From assembly GCA_044220955.1 (NCBI GenBank), contig JBGAQA010000001.1:158777-222776 (forward strand): 64,000 bases of DNA, read 5' to 3'. Positions 51,220-60,167 of this stretch are shown here, piece by piece; the stretch's first letter is position 1, and each line of letters starts with the position of its first letter. This DNA is from Sandaracinaceae bacterium. Its GTDB lineage: Bacteria; Myxococcota_A; Polyangia; Polyangiales; Sandaracinaceae. Made by a program: the position numbers and the translations under genes. The notes under the pieces are model-generated. The model did no database searches and was not told where the DNA came from. It saw only the letters and a program-made list of their open reading frames with translations.

Positions 51220-53592
51220 GTGGCGGACGACGGCGAGCGCATCGTCGTGTGGCAGCGCGCCATCGCGCGCGAAGGCAGCGCTCCCCTCGCGGCGTGGTCC
51301 AAGCAGGTCGCCGGGCGCTTCGCCGCGTCGGGCGGGACGCTGCTCGTTCACGTGTCGGGCACGGTCGTCGCGAGCTACCCGCACGGCGACGTGGGAGACG
51401 CCGTCGAGGTCGCGCTCGATCTGCTCGACGAGGCGGAGGAAGCGGCGGTCACCGTCTCGTTCGGCGTCGCGCTCGGCGTGCTGACCGACGACGGGGGGAC
51501 GACGACCGGCGCCGCGATCGAGAGCGCGGAGTCGCTGGCGGTGCGCGCGCGCGCCGGCGAGATCCTCCTCGACCCACGCGCGCGCGACCGCGCCCGCGGC
51601 CTCTTCCTGTTCTGCCGCACGGTCGGCGGCGGCGCCCAGGCGAGCCGCGCAGCCAGCATCGATCGCAGCCACCCGCGGCGCGACACGTCGACGGCGGCGA
51701 TCGCGAGGCTCGGAGCGATCCCGATCACCCCGGCGACGCAGGCGCTCCTGCCGACCTTCATCGCGGCCCTCGCGGGCGAGCGGCCGGCGCTCGTCCTGCT
51801 GCGCGGGCCGGTCGGCGCGGGCGCCGTCGAGCTGATCCGCGCGGCGCGCGCCGATCTCTCGCCGGCCGCCCTCGTCGAGCTCGGGAGCGCGACCGGCGGA
51901 GCCGCGCCGCTCGCGAGCCTGCGGACGGCGCTCACCCGTGACGCGGGCGCGCAGATGCTCGGCCTCGGGCTCACCGACCCCGAGCGCACACCGCTCGACG
52001 CCGTGCAGGCCGGCGCGCTCGTCCCTCACGACGTGCTCCGCGCGGCGCTGGCCCTCGCGATCGAGCGCGCGGGCGGCCCCGTGTGGTTCCTCCTCTCGCC
52101 GCTGGTCGCGATCGACGCGGCGACGATCTCCATCGTGGCCGCCCTGAAGCGCGACGTGCCGCGCGTGGCCTGCATCGCGCGCGTCGGCGTGGACACGCCG
52201 CTCCCGCCCGAGCTCGACGCGATCGCGGATCGGGTGGAGCTGACGCTGCCGCCGCTCCGGACCTCGGACGCGCGCGTGGTCGCGCAGGCGGTCCTCGGCG
52301 AGTCGACCCCGACCGACGTCGCCCGCCGCGTCGCCGTGCTCGGCGGAGACACGCCCGCGTCGGTCGTCGAGGCGGCGCGCGCGATGATCGGCGCCGGCGA
52401 CCTCGTGCTCGACGCGGAGAGCGCGGAGCGCCGGTTCGTGTGGCGCTCGGCCCCCCGCGGCGGCGTGCGCGCCGTCGCCCTCGACGCGCTCCTCGCCGAG
52501 CGTCTCGATCAGCTCGACGACGAGAGCCGTCGCGTGCTCGAGCTGGTCACGCTGATGCCCGAGTGGGCGCCGCGCGCCCTGCTCGATGCCCTCGCGGCCG
52601 CCGACGGCCTGCGTGCGCGGGCGGTCCCGCGCAGCCTCGATCGCCTGCTCCGCGAGGGCTGGCTCGCGAGCGGGGAGACCCCGCGCCCGGCGTCGAGCTT
52701 CGTGCGCCGATTCGTCGGCTCCGCGTCGCCGCCCGCCCGCATCGCCGAGGTCCACCGCTTCGTGTGCGCGCAGCTGCCACCGACCACGCGGATCGCCGAG
52801 GGCGCCGAGCGCGCGCTGCACGAGGTGCTCGGCGGCCGCGAGGCCGAGGGTGTCCCGGCGCTGCTCGACGCCGCGGACGCGCTCGTCGCCGCGGGCTACG
52901 GGGGCGCCGCGGCCCAGCTCGCGCTCGTGGTCCTCGGGACGGAGATCGAGGGAGCCGCGCGTGCGCGTGCTCTGGCGCTCGCCGCGGCGTTTCCCAGGCG
53001 CAGCGCCGCCGCCGTGGGGGGCGAGCCTGCGTCGGTGGAGCTCGCCCTGCCCGCCCCTTCGGCGCTCGCCGCTTCGCCGCCGCCGCGTCGCTTCGAGCCG
53101 CCCACCGAGATGGTCGCGCTCGACGAGGCCGAGGGCGCGGAGACGGAGGGCGAGGAGGAGGTCGGCAAGGACGACGAGACCGAGCTGCACCTCGAGCTGC
53201 GGCAGGCGATCCGCCAGCGCGACTTCGATGCCCTCGACCGGCTCGCCGAGCGTGCGATCGCCGTCGGGAGCGACATGCAGGCCGTCGCGCGGATCCGCGC
53301 GATCGCCGCCGCGCTCCGGGGCGATCTCGCGGGTGCGCAGCAGCGCCTCGACCGGATGCGGGACGGCGAGCACCCGCGCGATCGTCGCGCCCTCCTCGCC
53401 GAGGCGATGGTCGCGCTCCGCGCCGGCCGCAGCAGCCCCGCGATCCGTCTGGCGCTGCGCGCGCTCGCCGACGCGCGCCGCACGGGCGACGAGCGCGGCG
53501 AGGCCGTCGCGCTCTTCACGCTCGCCGCGGGCTTCCGCGCCGCGGGCCGCCCGAACGACGCTGCGCTCCTCGAGGCGCGCGTCGACGCCTAG
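51220..53592 (+). CDS. Degenerate cyclase-like / AAA (STAND-like) / helical-repeat protein
   Basis: N-terminal region resembling class III cyclase, LLRGPVGAGA pseudo-Walker A, GGDTP..V.E, LL.ERLDQL. Confidence 0.55.
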   Translation: MADDGERIVVWQRAIAREGSAPLAAWSKQVAGRFAASGGTLLVHVSGTVVASYPHGDVGDAVEVALDLLDEAEEAAVTVSFGVALGVLTDDGGTTTGAAIESAESLAVRARAGEILLDPRARDRARGLFLFCRTVGGGAQASRAASIDRSHPRRDTSTAAIARLGAIPITPATQALLPTFIAALAGERPALVLLRGPVGAGAVELIRAARADLSPAALVELGSATGGAAPLASLRTALTRDAGAQMLGLGLTDPERTPLDAVQAGALVPHDVLRAALALAIERAGGPVWFLLSPLVAIDAATISIVAALKRDVPRVACIARVGVDTPLPPELDAIADRVELTLPPLRTSDARVVAQAVLGESTPTDVARRVAVLGGDTPASVVEAARAMIGAGDLVLDAESAERRFVWRSAPRGGVRAVALDALLAERLDQLDDESRRVLELVTLMPEWAPRALLDALAAADGLRARAVPRSLDRLLREGWLASGETPRPASSFVRRFVGSASPPARIAEVHRFVCAQLPPTTRIAEGAERALHEVLGGREAEGVPALLDAADALVAAGYGGAAAQLALVVLGTEIEGAARARALALAAAFPRRSAAAVGGEPASVELALPAPSALAASPPPRRFEPPTEMVALDEAEGAETEGEEEVGKDDETELHLELRQAIRQRDFDALDRLAERAIAVGSDMQAVARIRAIAAALRGDLAGAQQRLDRMRDGEHPRDRRALLAEAMVALRAGRSSPAIRLALRALADARRTGDERGEAVALFTLAAGFRAAGRPNDAALLEARVDA

Positions 53593-54065
53593 CGCACGAC
53601 CGAGGCTGCTCGATCCGAGCAGGCCGCGACGTGGGCGGCGTCTGCGACGCGGAGCTGACCACGAAGCTGCTCCGCAGCTTCGCGAGGGCGAGGGGCCAGC
53701 CCCTCGCGCACCCCATCCCGACTCGGTCACGTTCCCCGAGTCTCGCGGCGCTGGCGGGTGCGCGAGGGCGGAGCCATCGCCTCTCACGAATGCGCGGAGC
53801 GCGTTCGTGTGTGGAGGTGTCGAAGACGCCTTGGACAACCAAAGGCCGCCGGGCGGATCGAGGGTAGCGGCGCGGGGCCGGTGCGCCCGTTGTTGAGCGT
53901 CCGAGGACACCGCCGTTCGTGTCCGACGGAGCGAAGCAACGGGGGTACCGGCCCCGCGACGCGGCCAGCACACCCCTCGCTCGCCGCGATCGAAACGCTC
54001 CGGTCCGGGCACCGGCGGCGGCCCCCCTTGCGCGCTCGCCCGATCGCGTGAGACACGATCGACGC

Positions 54066-55892
54066 GTGACGAGCCCGTCCACGATGATCCTCGAGGAGCT
54101 CCTCGACGCCGGGGACCCTCGCTTCTGGGACGAGCTCACGAAGATCCGCGAGCCCCGCGCGACGCGGCCCGCCGCGCGCGGCGGCCATGCGGTGCCGCTC
54201 CCCGCGGGCGAGAAGCTCCCGCGCTCCACGCTCACCTCGTTCGCCGACAAGTGGATCGCGAACACGAGCCCCTTCGCGCGCCGCATGCTGATCCGATACG
54301 TCGACGAGGCGTGCGACCGCCGCGGCCAGCGCCCGCTGGTGCGCCGGATCGTGCAGCGCGCGGAAGAGAAGAACGATCGGGAGCTGCTCGCGCACCTGCT
54401 GGTCGCGTTCGACCGGCTCGTCACGTTCCACAAGCGCCGGCGCTACGACTACGCGACGCGCCAGATGATCCACGTCGTCGTCCGCGCGCGCACGAGCGAG
54501 CGCGCGCTGCGGCGCGCCGGCGAAGAGTGGCCCTTCCCCCTCGTGTTCTCCGGGCGCACGCGGAGCTACCTGCGCCGCCGCGTGCTGCGGGCGTTCCGGG
54601 CGAGCGGCCACCGCGAGCCGGAGCGCTACCTGCGCGAGATCCTCGACGTGCTCGGCCTCTACGAAGACAAGCACCTCGACGCGCCCGAGAAGCTCGTGGC
54701 GAGCTGGTCGCTGCTGCGCATCTTGCACGCGCACTCCCCCGTGCTCGCGAACGACGGCCGGAGGATCGCGGTGCGCGTCGGCCGCCAGCTCGCCGAGCTG
54801 ACACCCGCGCCCATGCACCCCGACGCGTGGAAGGCGGGCTTCGAGCCGATCTTCGCCGCCATGCCGAAGATGCGGGCGCTCTTCGTGCGCCGCCAGATCG
54901 CGCTCCACCTCAAGGCGGTGCACCAGGACGCGCTCGTGGCCCTGCCGCTCGAGCGCCTGCGCCCGCTCCTGCGCTCGCAGCACCCCGACCTCGCGAGCCT
55001 GGGCGCCGAGCTGCTCGCCACGAGCAAGGGCGCCGAGACGATGCCGGTCGCCGAGTGGCTCGCGCTCGCCGAGGTCGACGACCCGACGGCCCTCTCCGCG
55101 ATCGCCGACCGGATGGAGAAGGTGGTCGCACCGGGTCGCGTCACGCTCGCCGACGTCGTGCGCCTCGTGCGCAGCAAGCACGCGCGCATCGCCGACCTCG
55201 GGGTGTTGCTCCTCAAGGAGAAGCGCGCGACCAAGCCGGAGGAGCTCACCGCCGCGATGGCGATGGTCGACGCTCCGATCGCGACGGCCCGCACCGGCGC
55301 GCTCGCTTGGCTCGTGCCTGCGATCGAGGACACCAAGCTCGGCACGGACACCCACGTGCGGGACTTGCTCGACGCCCGATTCGAAGACGCGCGCGCGTCC
55401 GCGCTCGCGCTGATCGAGAAGAGCGAGCGCTTCCGCGACGCGGCGATGCTCTGGCAGGCGCTCTCGGAGTCGCCCTACGACGACGCGCGCGCGTTCCTGC
55501 TCCGCCACCTCGACGCGCGGGCGGCCGCGCTCACGCCGGAGAGCCTCGCACGGCTCTGGGCCACGACGCTGCTCGCGGTCCATCGAGGCAGCCGGAGCAA
55601 GCAGCGCGCGCTCGTGACGATCGGCACGCGGCTGGGCGAGAGGCCCGAGGAAGCCGCGTCGCTGCTCGCGCTCCTCGCGCTGGCGCTCCGCTCCGTCCGG
55701 GAGCCCGAGCGGCGCGGCGGCATCGCGGCCGCGATCCAGGCGGCGGCACGCGTGCCCGGCCTCCGTGAAAAGATCGCCAGCGCGATCCCCGAGCTCTCGG
55801 CGTCGTTCCACCCCAGCCTCGAGCTCCCCGCGCCGCGCGCGCCGCGTGCGCTCGGGACCAAGACCGCCCTCCCGAAGACGGGGACGCCGTGA
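54066..55892 (+). CDS. HEAT/ARM-like helical repeat protein (retron-associated)
   Basis: Leu/Ala-rich helical repeats (LLRS...DL...G, LLDARF.DAR, LSESPYDDAR); GTGA overlap with SWIM gene; start 54066 or 54084. Confidence 0.7.
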   Translation: MTSPSTMILEELLDAGDPRFWDELTKIREPRATRPAARGGHAVPLPAGEKLPRSTLTSFADKWIANTSPFARRMLIRYVDEACDRRGQRPLVRRIVQRAEEKNDRELLAHLLVAFDRLVTFHKRRRYDYATRQMIHVVVRARTSERALRRAGEEWPFPLVFSGRTRSYLRRRVLRAFRASGHREPERYLREILDVLGLYEDKHLDAPEKLVASWSLLRILHAHSPVLANDGRRIAVRVGRQLAELTPAPMHPDAWKAGFEPIFAAMPKMRALFVRRQIALHLKAVHQDALVALPLERLRPLLRSQHPDLASLGAELLATSKGAETMPVAEWLALAEVDDPTALSAIADRMEKVVAPGRVTLADVVRLVRSKHARIADLGVLLLKEKRATKPEELTAAMAMVDAPIATARTGALAWLVPAIEDTKLGTDTHVRDLLDARFEDARASALALIEKSERFRDAAMLWQALSESPYDDARAFLLRHLDARAAALTPESLARLWATTLLAVHRGSRSKQRALVTIGTRLGERPEEAASLLALLALALRSVREPERRGGIAAAIQAAARVPGLREKIASAIPELSASFHPSLELPAPRAPRALGTKTALPKTGTP

Positions 55893-57610
55893 GGTACGAC
55901 CTGCGCTACCTCGGGCACTCCGCCGTCGAGCAAGGGCCCTACCGCGCGAGCGTGAAGTTCGTGCCGAACCTCTCGCGCGAGCGGGTCTGGTTCGACGGCG
56001 AGCTGCTGGATCCGCTGCGCTACCGGGAGGCGATGAGCGCGCTGCACGACGTGGTCGTCGGAGATCTGCGCTTCAAGAAGAAGGACAAGACCGCGTACCT
56101 CGCGTGGAAGGCCCAGGCGCAGGCGGCCGAGCAGCAGCTGCGCGCGCAGCTGCTCGACAAGGAGAAGCGGCGCGTCCTCGAGGCGCAGTCCAAGGAGGTG
56201 CCGCCGCCGAACCTCGACCGCGACTTCCGGCACTGGCACTCGATCTACTGGAAGGCGCGCGTGCAGTGGGCGAACGAGCTCGCGCGCGACGACCCGCAGC
56301 TCTTCCGCTCGCTCGTGCCCTGCGATCCGGTCGTGACCGTGGCGGACGACGTCGTGTTCTTCGAGTGCTTCTCGAAGGACGAGTCGAGCTACGCGGCGCT
56401 CTTCGTCGAGCGCGGCGCCTTCAAGGGAGCGCAGGAGGCGGCGCTCGGCACCACGAACGTCGACTACTCGATCGCGCTCTACGAGCACTTCCAGGGGCTG
56501 CGCACCTACCGCCCGACGCGCCTCGCCGTCGACCCGGCGGGCTTCGAGGTGAAGGTCGAGTCGCGCGAGGACTACCGCGAGGAGAAGATCGATCTGCCCG
56601 CCTCGTGGCTGCGCGGCTTCGGTCAGATCTCGGCGGCGGCGAGCGTGGTCGGGCTCGAGCAGCGACGCGGCGGCGAGACGAGCCGGCGGATCGATCTCGA
56701 CGTGCCCGCGGTGTACTCGCTCCTGGCCTACCTGAAGCGGCACCGCGAGAAGAGCGGACCGCGCTCACTCCGCTTCGAGCTGCGCCGCGGAAAGCCGGTC
56801 GCGATCGTGATCGAGCCCTTCGGCACGCGCATCGAGTCGCACGGCGCGCCCTACGAGGGAGCGCGCGACGAGGACGTCAAGGTCTGGGGCCGGCGGCGGC
56901 TCTCCGTGCTCGCCCGCGTGCTGCCGCTGGCCGAGCGCTTCGAGGTGATGCTCCTCGGCTCGGGCATGCCGAGCATCTGGATCGCGAAGATGGGCGACAT
57001 GCGCCTCGTGCTCGCGCTCTCCGGCTGGACGACCAACACCTTCACGAGCGGCACGAACCTCGATCTGCTGCTCGGCGAGGTGCAACCGGCGGCGGGCGTC
57101 CCCGAGCGCGTGCAGGCGCACCTCCGGAGCAAGCGCACCGACACGCTCGGGGGGATCTCCGCGGCGCTCGCCGCGAGCGAGAAGGACGTGGCGCCGGCGC
57201 TGCACCGGCTCAGCCAGCGCGGGCAGATCGTGTTCGACTTCGACCGCGGCGCGTACCGCTTCCGGCAGGTGGTGGAGGAGCGCGACGGCGCAGAGATGCT
57301 CGGGCCCGAGTCGCCGGAGCTCACGGCCGCGCGGAAGCTGCTCGTCGAGCACAAGGTGAAGGTCGAGCGGCAGGACGCGCTCCCGCAGAACAAGCGGTAC
57401 ATCGCGGCGAGCATCTCGGGCGACAAGACGGAGGCCGTGTTCGACGGCGACGGCCAGTACTCGCGGGCGAAGTGCACGTGCCAGCTCTTCAAGCACTTCG
57501 CGCTGCGGCGTGGGCCCTGCCGGCACCTCCTGGCGCTGCGCTGGACCGTGAGCGGCGGGGCCGAGATTCGTGTGGCGGCGGGGAGCCTCGGTGGAGGATT
57601 CTTCGGATGA
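55889..57610 (+). CDS. SWIM zinc-finger protein (retron-associated)
   Basis: C-terminal CTC...GPCRHLLAL; DPVVTV....FFECFSKDESSY; EEKIDLPASWLRGF; wHTH-like segment before SWIM. Confidence 0.85.
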   Translation: MRYDLRYLGHSAVEQGPYRASVKFVPNLSRERVWFDGELLDPLRYREAMSALHDVVVGDLRFKKKDKTAYLAWKAQAQAAEQQLRAQLLDKEKRRVLEAQSKEVPPPNLDRDFRHWHSIYWKARVQWANELARDDPQLFRSLVPCDPVVTVADDVVFFECFSKDESSYAALFVERGAFKGAQEAALGTTNVDYSIALYEHFQGLRTYRPTRLAVDPAGFEVKVESREDYREEKIDLPASWLRGFGQISAAASVVGLEQRRGGETSRRIDLDVPAVYSLLAYLKRHREKSGPRSLRFELRRGKPVAIVIEPFGTRIESHGAPYEGARDEDVKVWGRRRLSVLARVLPLAERFEVMLLGSGMPSIWIAKMGDMRLVLALSGWTTNTFTSGTNLDLLLGEVQPAAGVPERVQAHLRSKRTDTLGGISAALAASEKDVAPALHRLSQRGQIVFDFDRGAYRFRQVVEERDGAEMLGPESPELTAARKLLVEHKVKVERQDALPQNKRYIAASISGDKTEAVFDGDGQYSRAKCTCQLFKHFALRRGPCRHLLALRWTVSGGAEIRVAAGSLGGGFFG

Positions 57611-57641
57611 AACGAAAGGAGACGAGCCAGAGCGGAGCGAT

Positions 57642-57990
57642 CGGTCGCGAAGAGAGAGAGGTCCGCGTGGAAGCCGGGCGTCCCGAGGACGCCGTGGGCT
57701 GGAGTGACCGCCGTCGGCGGGCCGACACGATCGTGTCGGCTCGGCTTCGCCGAGCGCTCCGGCCCGAGATCGAGCCCATCATGCTGCGGCGCTACGCCGT
57801 GGCGGAGCCTGGCCTTCCATGCAACCCCACGCCCGATGTTCTTTTTGGCGATCCACCACTGGTGTGTCGCCACGGAGGGCAACACCGAGGGTTTGGCGAG
57901 CACACCAGTGGTGGATCGCCATCGGTGATCGGACGTGGTCCAAGGATCGAAGTCGACGGCCCCACGCGGCCCTCTCTCTCTTTCCGACCG
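57642..57990 (+). ncRNA. Retron msr-msd non-coding RNA (predicted)
   Basis: a1/a2-type inverted repeat 57642-57670 / 57962-57990 (26 of 29 match), short hairpins, then a long hairpin 57846-57921; upstream of a retron RT. Confidence 0.85.
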
Positions 57991-58229
57991 GGCCGATACG
58001 CGGCCCGCCCCGTCCGGCGGAGCGGGCCCGGGGCCCCACCCTCGTTCCGCTTGTTCGCTGCGCTCGCTGCGTCCGCTGCGTCGCTGCGCTCCTTCGCTCC
58101 CTGCGCTCCCTCCGCTCGGCGCGGGGGAGCGGGGTCGAGACGAGCGCTCGCGTCGTGGTCCCCGGCACCGGTGCATCTCTCGGAGGACGTGTCCGGCTCC
58201 GTTCGGCTCGCAGCCCTGGAGCGTCGGCC

Positions 58230-60146
58230 GTGAGCTGGTGGAAGAAGGTCGTCGACTTCTTCGCCGGGACGACGCCCGACGCGCCGGACGTGCCGCAGGG
58301 GACGCCGCTCGAGACCGCCGTGTGGCGCGCGATGCGGGCGCACGTCGACGCGGGCACGAGCTTCACCGCGGCCGCCGTGGCCGAGACCGCCACGCGCGGG
58401 ATGAGCCCGCGACCCACCGTCGACGCGATCAAGGTTGCCAACGATCTGTTCCACCGCGGGCTGCTCGAGCCGCACGGCTACACGCGAACGATGGCGGCGA
58501 CGGCCAGCGGGCCGGCGTGGGTCTACCACCACACGAGCTCGCCGCCGCAGGGCGGCGTGCCCACGACGGCCAAGCCGCTCGGTCCGCGCCTCGTCGGCGG
58601 CGCCACGCCGACACCCGCGGCCGCACCCCGCGCGACCGCGGCCGCGACTCCTGGGCGCAGCGCACCCGCCGCCGCGACCACGAAGGCCCCGGCACCGAAG
58701 GACCCCTACGACGTCGGCGCGCTCCTCTCGCTCACCAAGGACGAGCTGCGCGCGCGCGCGCTGAAGATCATCCCCTGGAAGACCGCGTGGATCGGCCGCA
58801 CCGACGTCATCCCGCCCGACAGCGACGAGCGCACGGCGCTGATCGATCGCGGCCTCGAGCTGCGAGGCCTGCTGACGCGCGCGCAGATCTCGGAGATCCA
58901 CCGCGTCGGTGACCTCTGGCTGAAGCACAAGGACTCGGCGCGCCTCGCCGAGACCCTCGCGAAGAAGAACGTCGAGGAGGCGATCGCCCAGCAGCGCATC
59001 GCCAAGCAGCTCGAGAAGGAGAAGCGGAAGGAAGCCGCCCGCGCGAAGGAGGCCGCGCGCGTGGAGGGCGTCGCCAGGCGCAAGCGCGAGGACATCGTGC
59101 ACCTCGGACGCGGCGTCTCGTTCGGCCTCGCGGACCGGCGCTCGCACGTCGAGCGCCTGAAGGAGCTCGGCCTCCCGATGCTCTCGACGCCTGCCGACGT
59201 GGCGCAGGCGCTCGGCATCACGATCCCGCAGCTGCGCTTCCTCTGCTTCCACTCCGACGCCGCGCGGCGCTCGCACTACGTCCGCTTCGAGGTCCCCAAG
59301 CGCTCGGGCGGCACGCGCCTGCTCGCCGCGCCGATGCCGCACCTCGCGCGGGCGCAGGAGTGGGTCCTCGACAACGTGCTCGGCAAGCTGCCGGTGGAGC
59401 CCCCCGCGCACGGCTTCGTGAAGGGACGCTCCACGGTCACCAACGCACGCCCGCACGCCGGGCGCGCCATCGTCGTGAACCAGGATCTCGTCGACTTCTT
59501 CCCGACGATCACGTTCGGCCGCGTCCGCGGCGTGTTCGTGCGCGCCGGCTACTCGCCCGCGGTCGCCACGATCTTCGCGCTGCTCACCACGGAGAGCCCA
59601 CGCCAGGAGGCGACGTACGCCGGGACCAAGTACTTCGTCGCGCTCGGCCCGCGCGCGCTGCCGCAGGGCGCGTGCACGAGCCCCGCGCTCTCGAACCAGA
59701 TCGCGCGCAAGCTCGACCGGCGCCTCAACGGCCTCGCGAACAAGCACGGCTGGCGCTACACGCGCTATGCGGACGACCTCTCCTTCTCCGCGCTCGAGGA
59801 CCGCGTGGACGACGTGCCGCGCCTGCTCGCGCGCCTGCGCCACGTCGTGGGCGAGGAGGGCTTCACGCTCCACATCGCCAAGGGGCGCGTCCAGCGCGCG
59901 GCGCGCAGGCAGACGGTCACGGGCATCGTCGTGAACGAGGCGCACAAGCTCGCCGTGCCGCGCGAGGAGGTGCGCAAGCTCCGCGCCATCCTCCACAACG
60001 CGAAGAAGACCGGCCTCGCGGCCCAGAACCGCGACGGCCGCCCGAATTTCGAGGCCTGGCTGCGCGGCAAGATCGCGTACGTGACCATGGTCGACCGCGC
60101 CCGCGGCGAGCAGCTGAAGCGCGCGCTCGATGCGCTGGCTCGCTGA
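58230..60146 (+). CDS. Retron-type reverse transcriptase with long N-terminal extension
   Basis: PKRSGG.R, AHGF..GRS..TNARPH (region X NAxxH), DL.DFFPTI, LPQGACTSP.LSN, YTRYADDL, QTVTGIVVN (region Y VTG); GGAG before GTG 58230. Confidence 0.93.
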   Translation: MSWWKKVVDFFAGTTPDAPDVPQGTPLETAVWRAMRAHVDAGTSFTAAAVAETATRGMSPRPTVDAIKVANDLFHRGLLEPHGYTRTMAATASGPAWVYHHTSSPPQGGVPTTAKPLGPRLVGGATPTPAAAPRATAAATPGRSAPAAATTKAPAPKDPYDVGALLSLTKDELRARALKIIPWKTAWIGRTDVIPPDSDERTALIDRGLELRGLLTRAQISEIHRVGDLWLKHKDSARLAETLAKKNVEEAIAQQRIAKQLEKEKRKEAARAKEAARVEGVARRKREDIVHLGRGVSFGLADRRSHVERLKELGLPMLSTPADVAQALGITIPQLRFLCFHSDAARRSHYVRFEVPKRSGGTRLLAAPMPHLARAQEWVLDNVLGKLPVEPPAHGFVKGRSTVTNARPHAGRAIVVNQDLVDFFPTITFGRVRGVFVRAGYSPAVATIFALLTTESPRQEATYAGTKYFVALGPRALPQGACTSPALSNQIARKLDRRLNGLANKHGWRYTRYADDLSFSALEDRVDDVPRLLARLRHVVGEEGFTLHIAKGRVQRAARRQTVTGIVVNEAHKLAVPREEVRKLRAILHNAKKTGLAAQNRDGRPNFEAWLRGKIAYVTMVDRARGEQLKRALDALAR

Positions 60147-60167
60147 GCGCGTAGACTGCCCGGCACG

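Noticed and set aside
53851..53985. SRP RNA or 6S RNA identity for the long hairpin
   Set aside because: No SRP GGAA-tetraloop/AGCAG motif; 6S cannot be supported by eye, so it is left as an unnamed candidate
57696..57765. Cloverleaf-like fold as a tRNA
   Set aside because: No TTCGA T-loop, no 7-nt anticodon loop, no CCA; lies inside the a1/a2 arms
57819..58229. 5' extension of the RT ORF to ATG 57819
   Set aside because: Runs through msd and the low-complexity tract; GTG 58230 has an RBS and protein-like sequence starts there
58230..60146. RT as group II intron, DGR or CRISPR-associated
   Set aside because: Has retron NAxxH and VTG signatures and an upstream msr-msd; no maturase/endonuclease domain, TR/VR pair or cas genes seen
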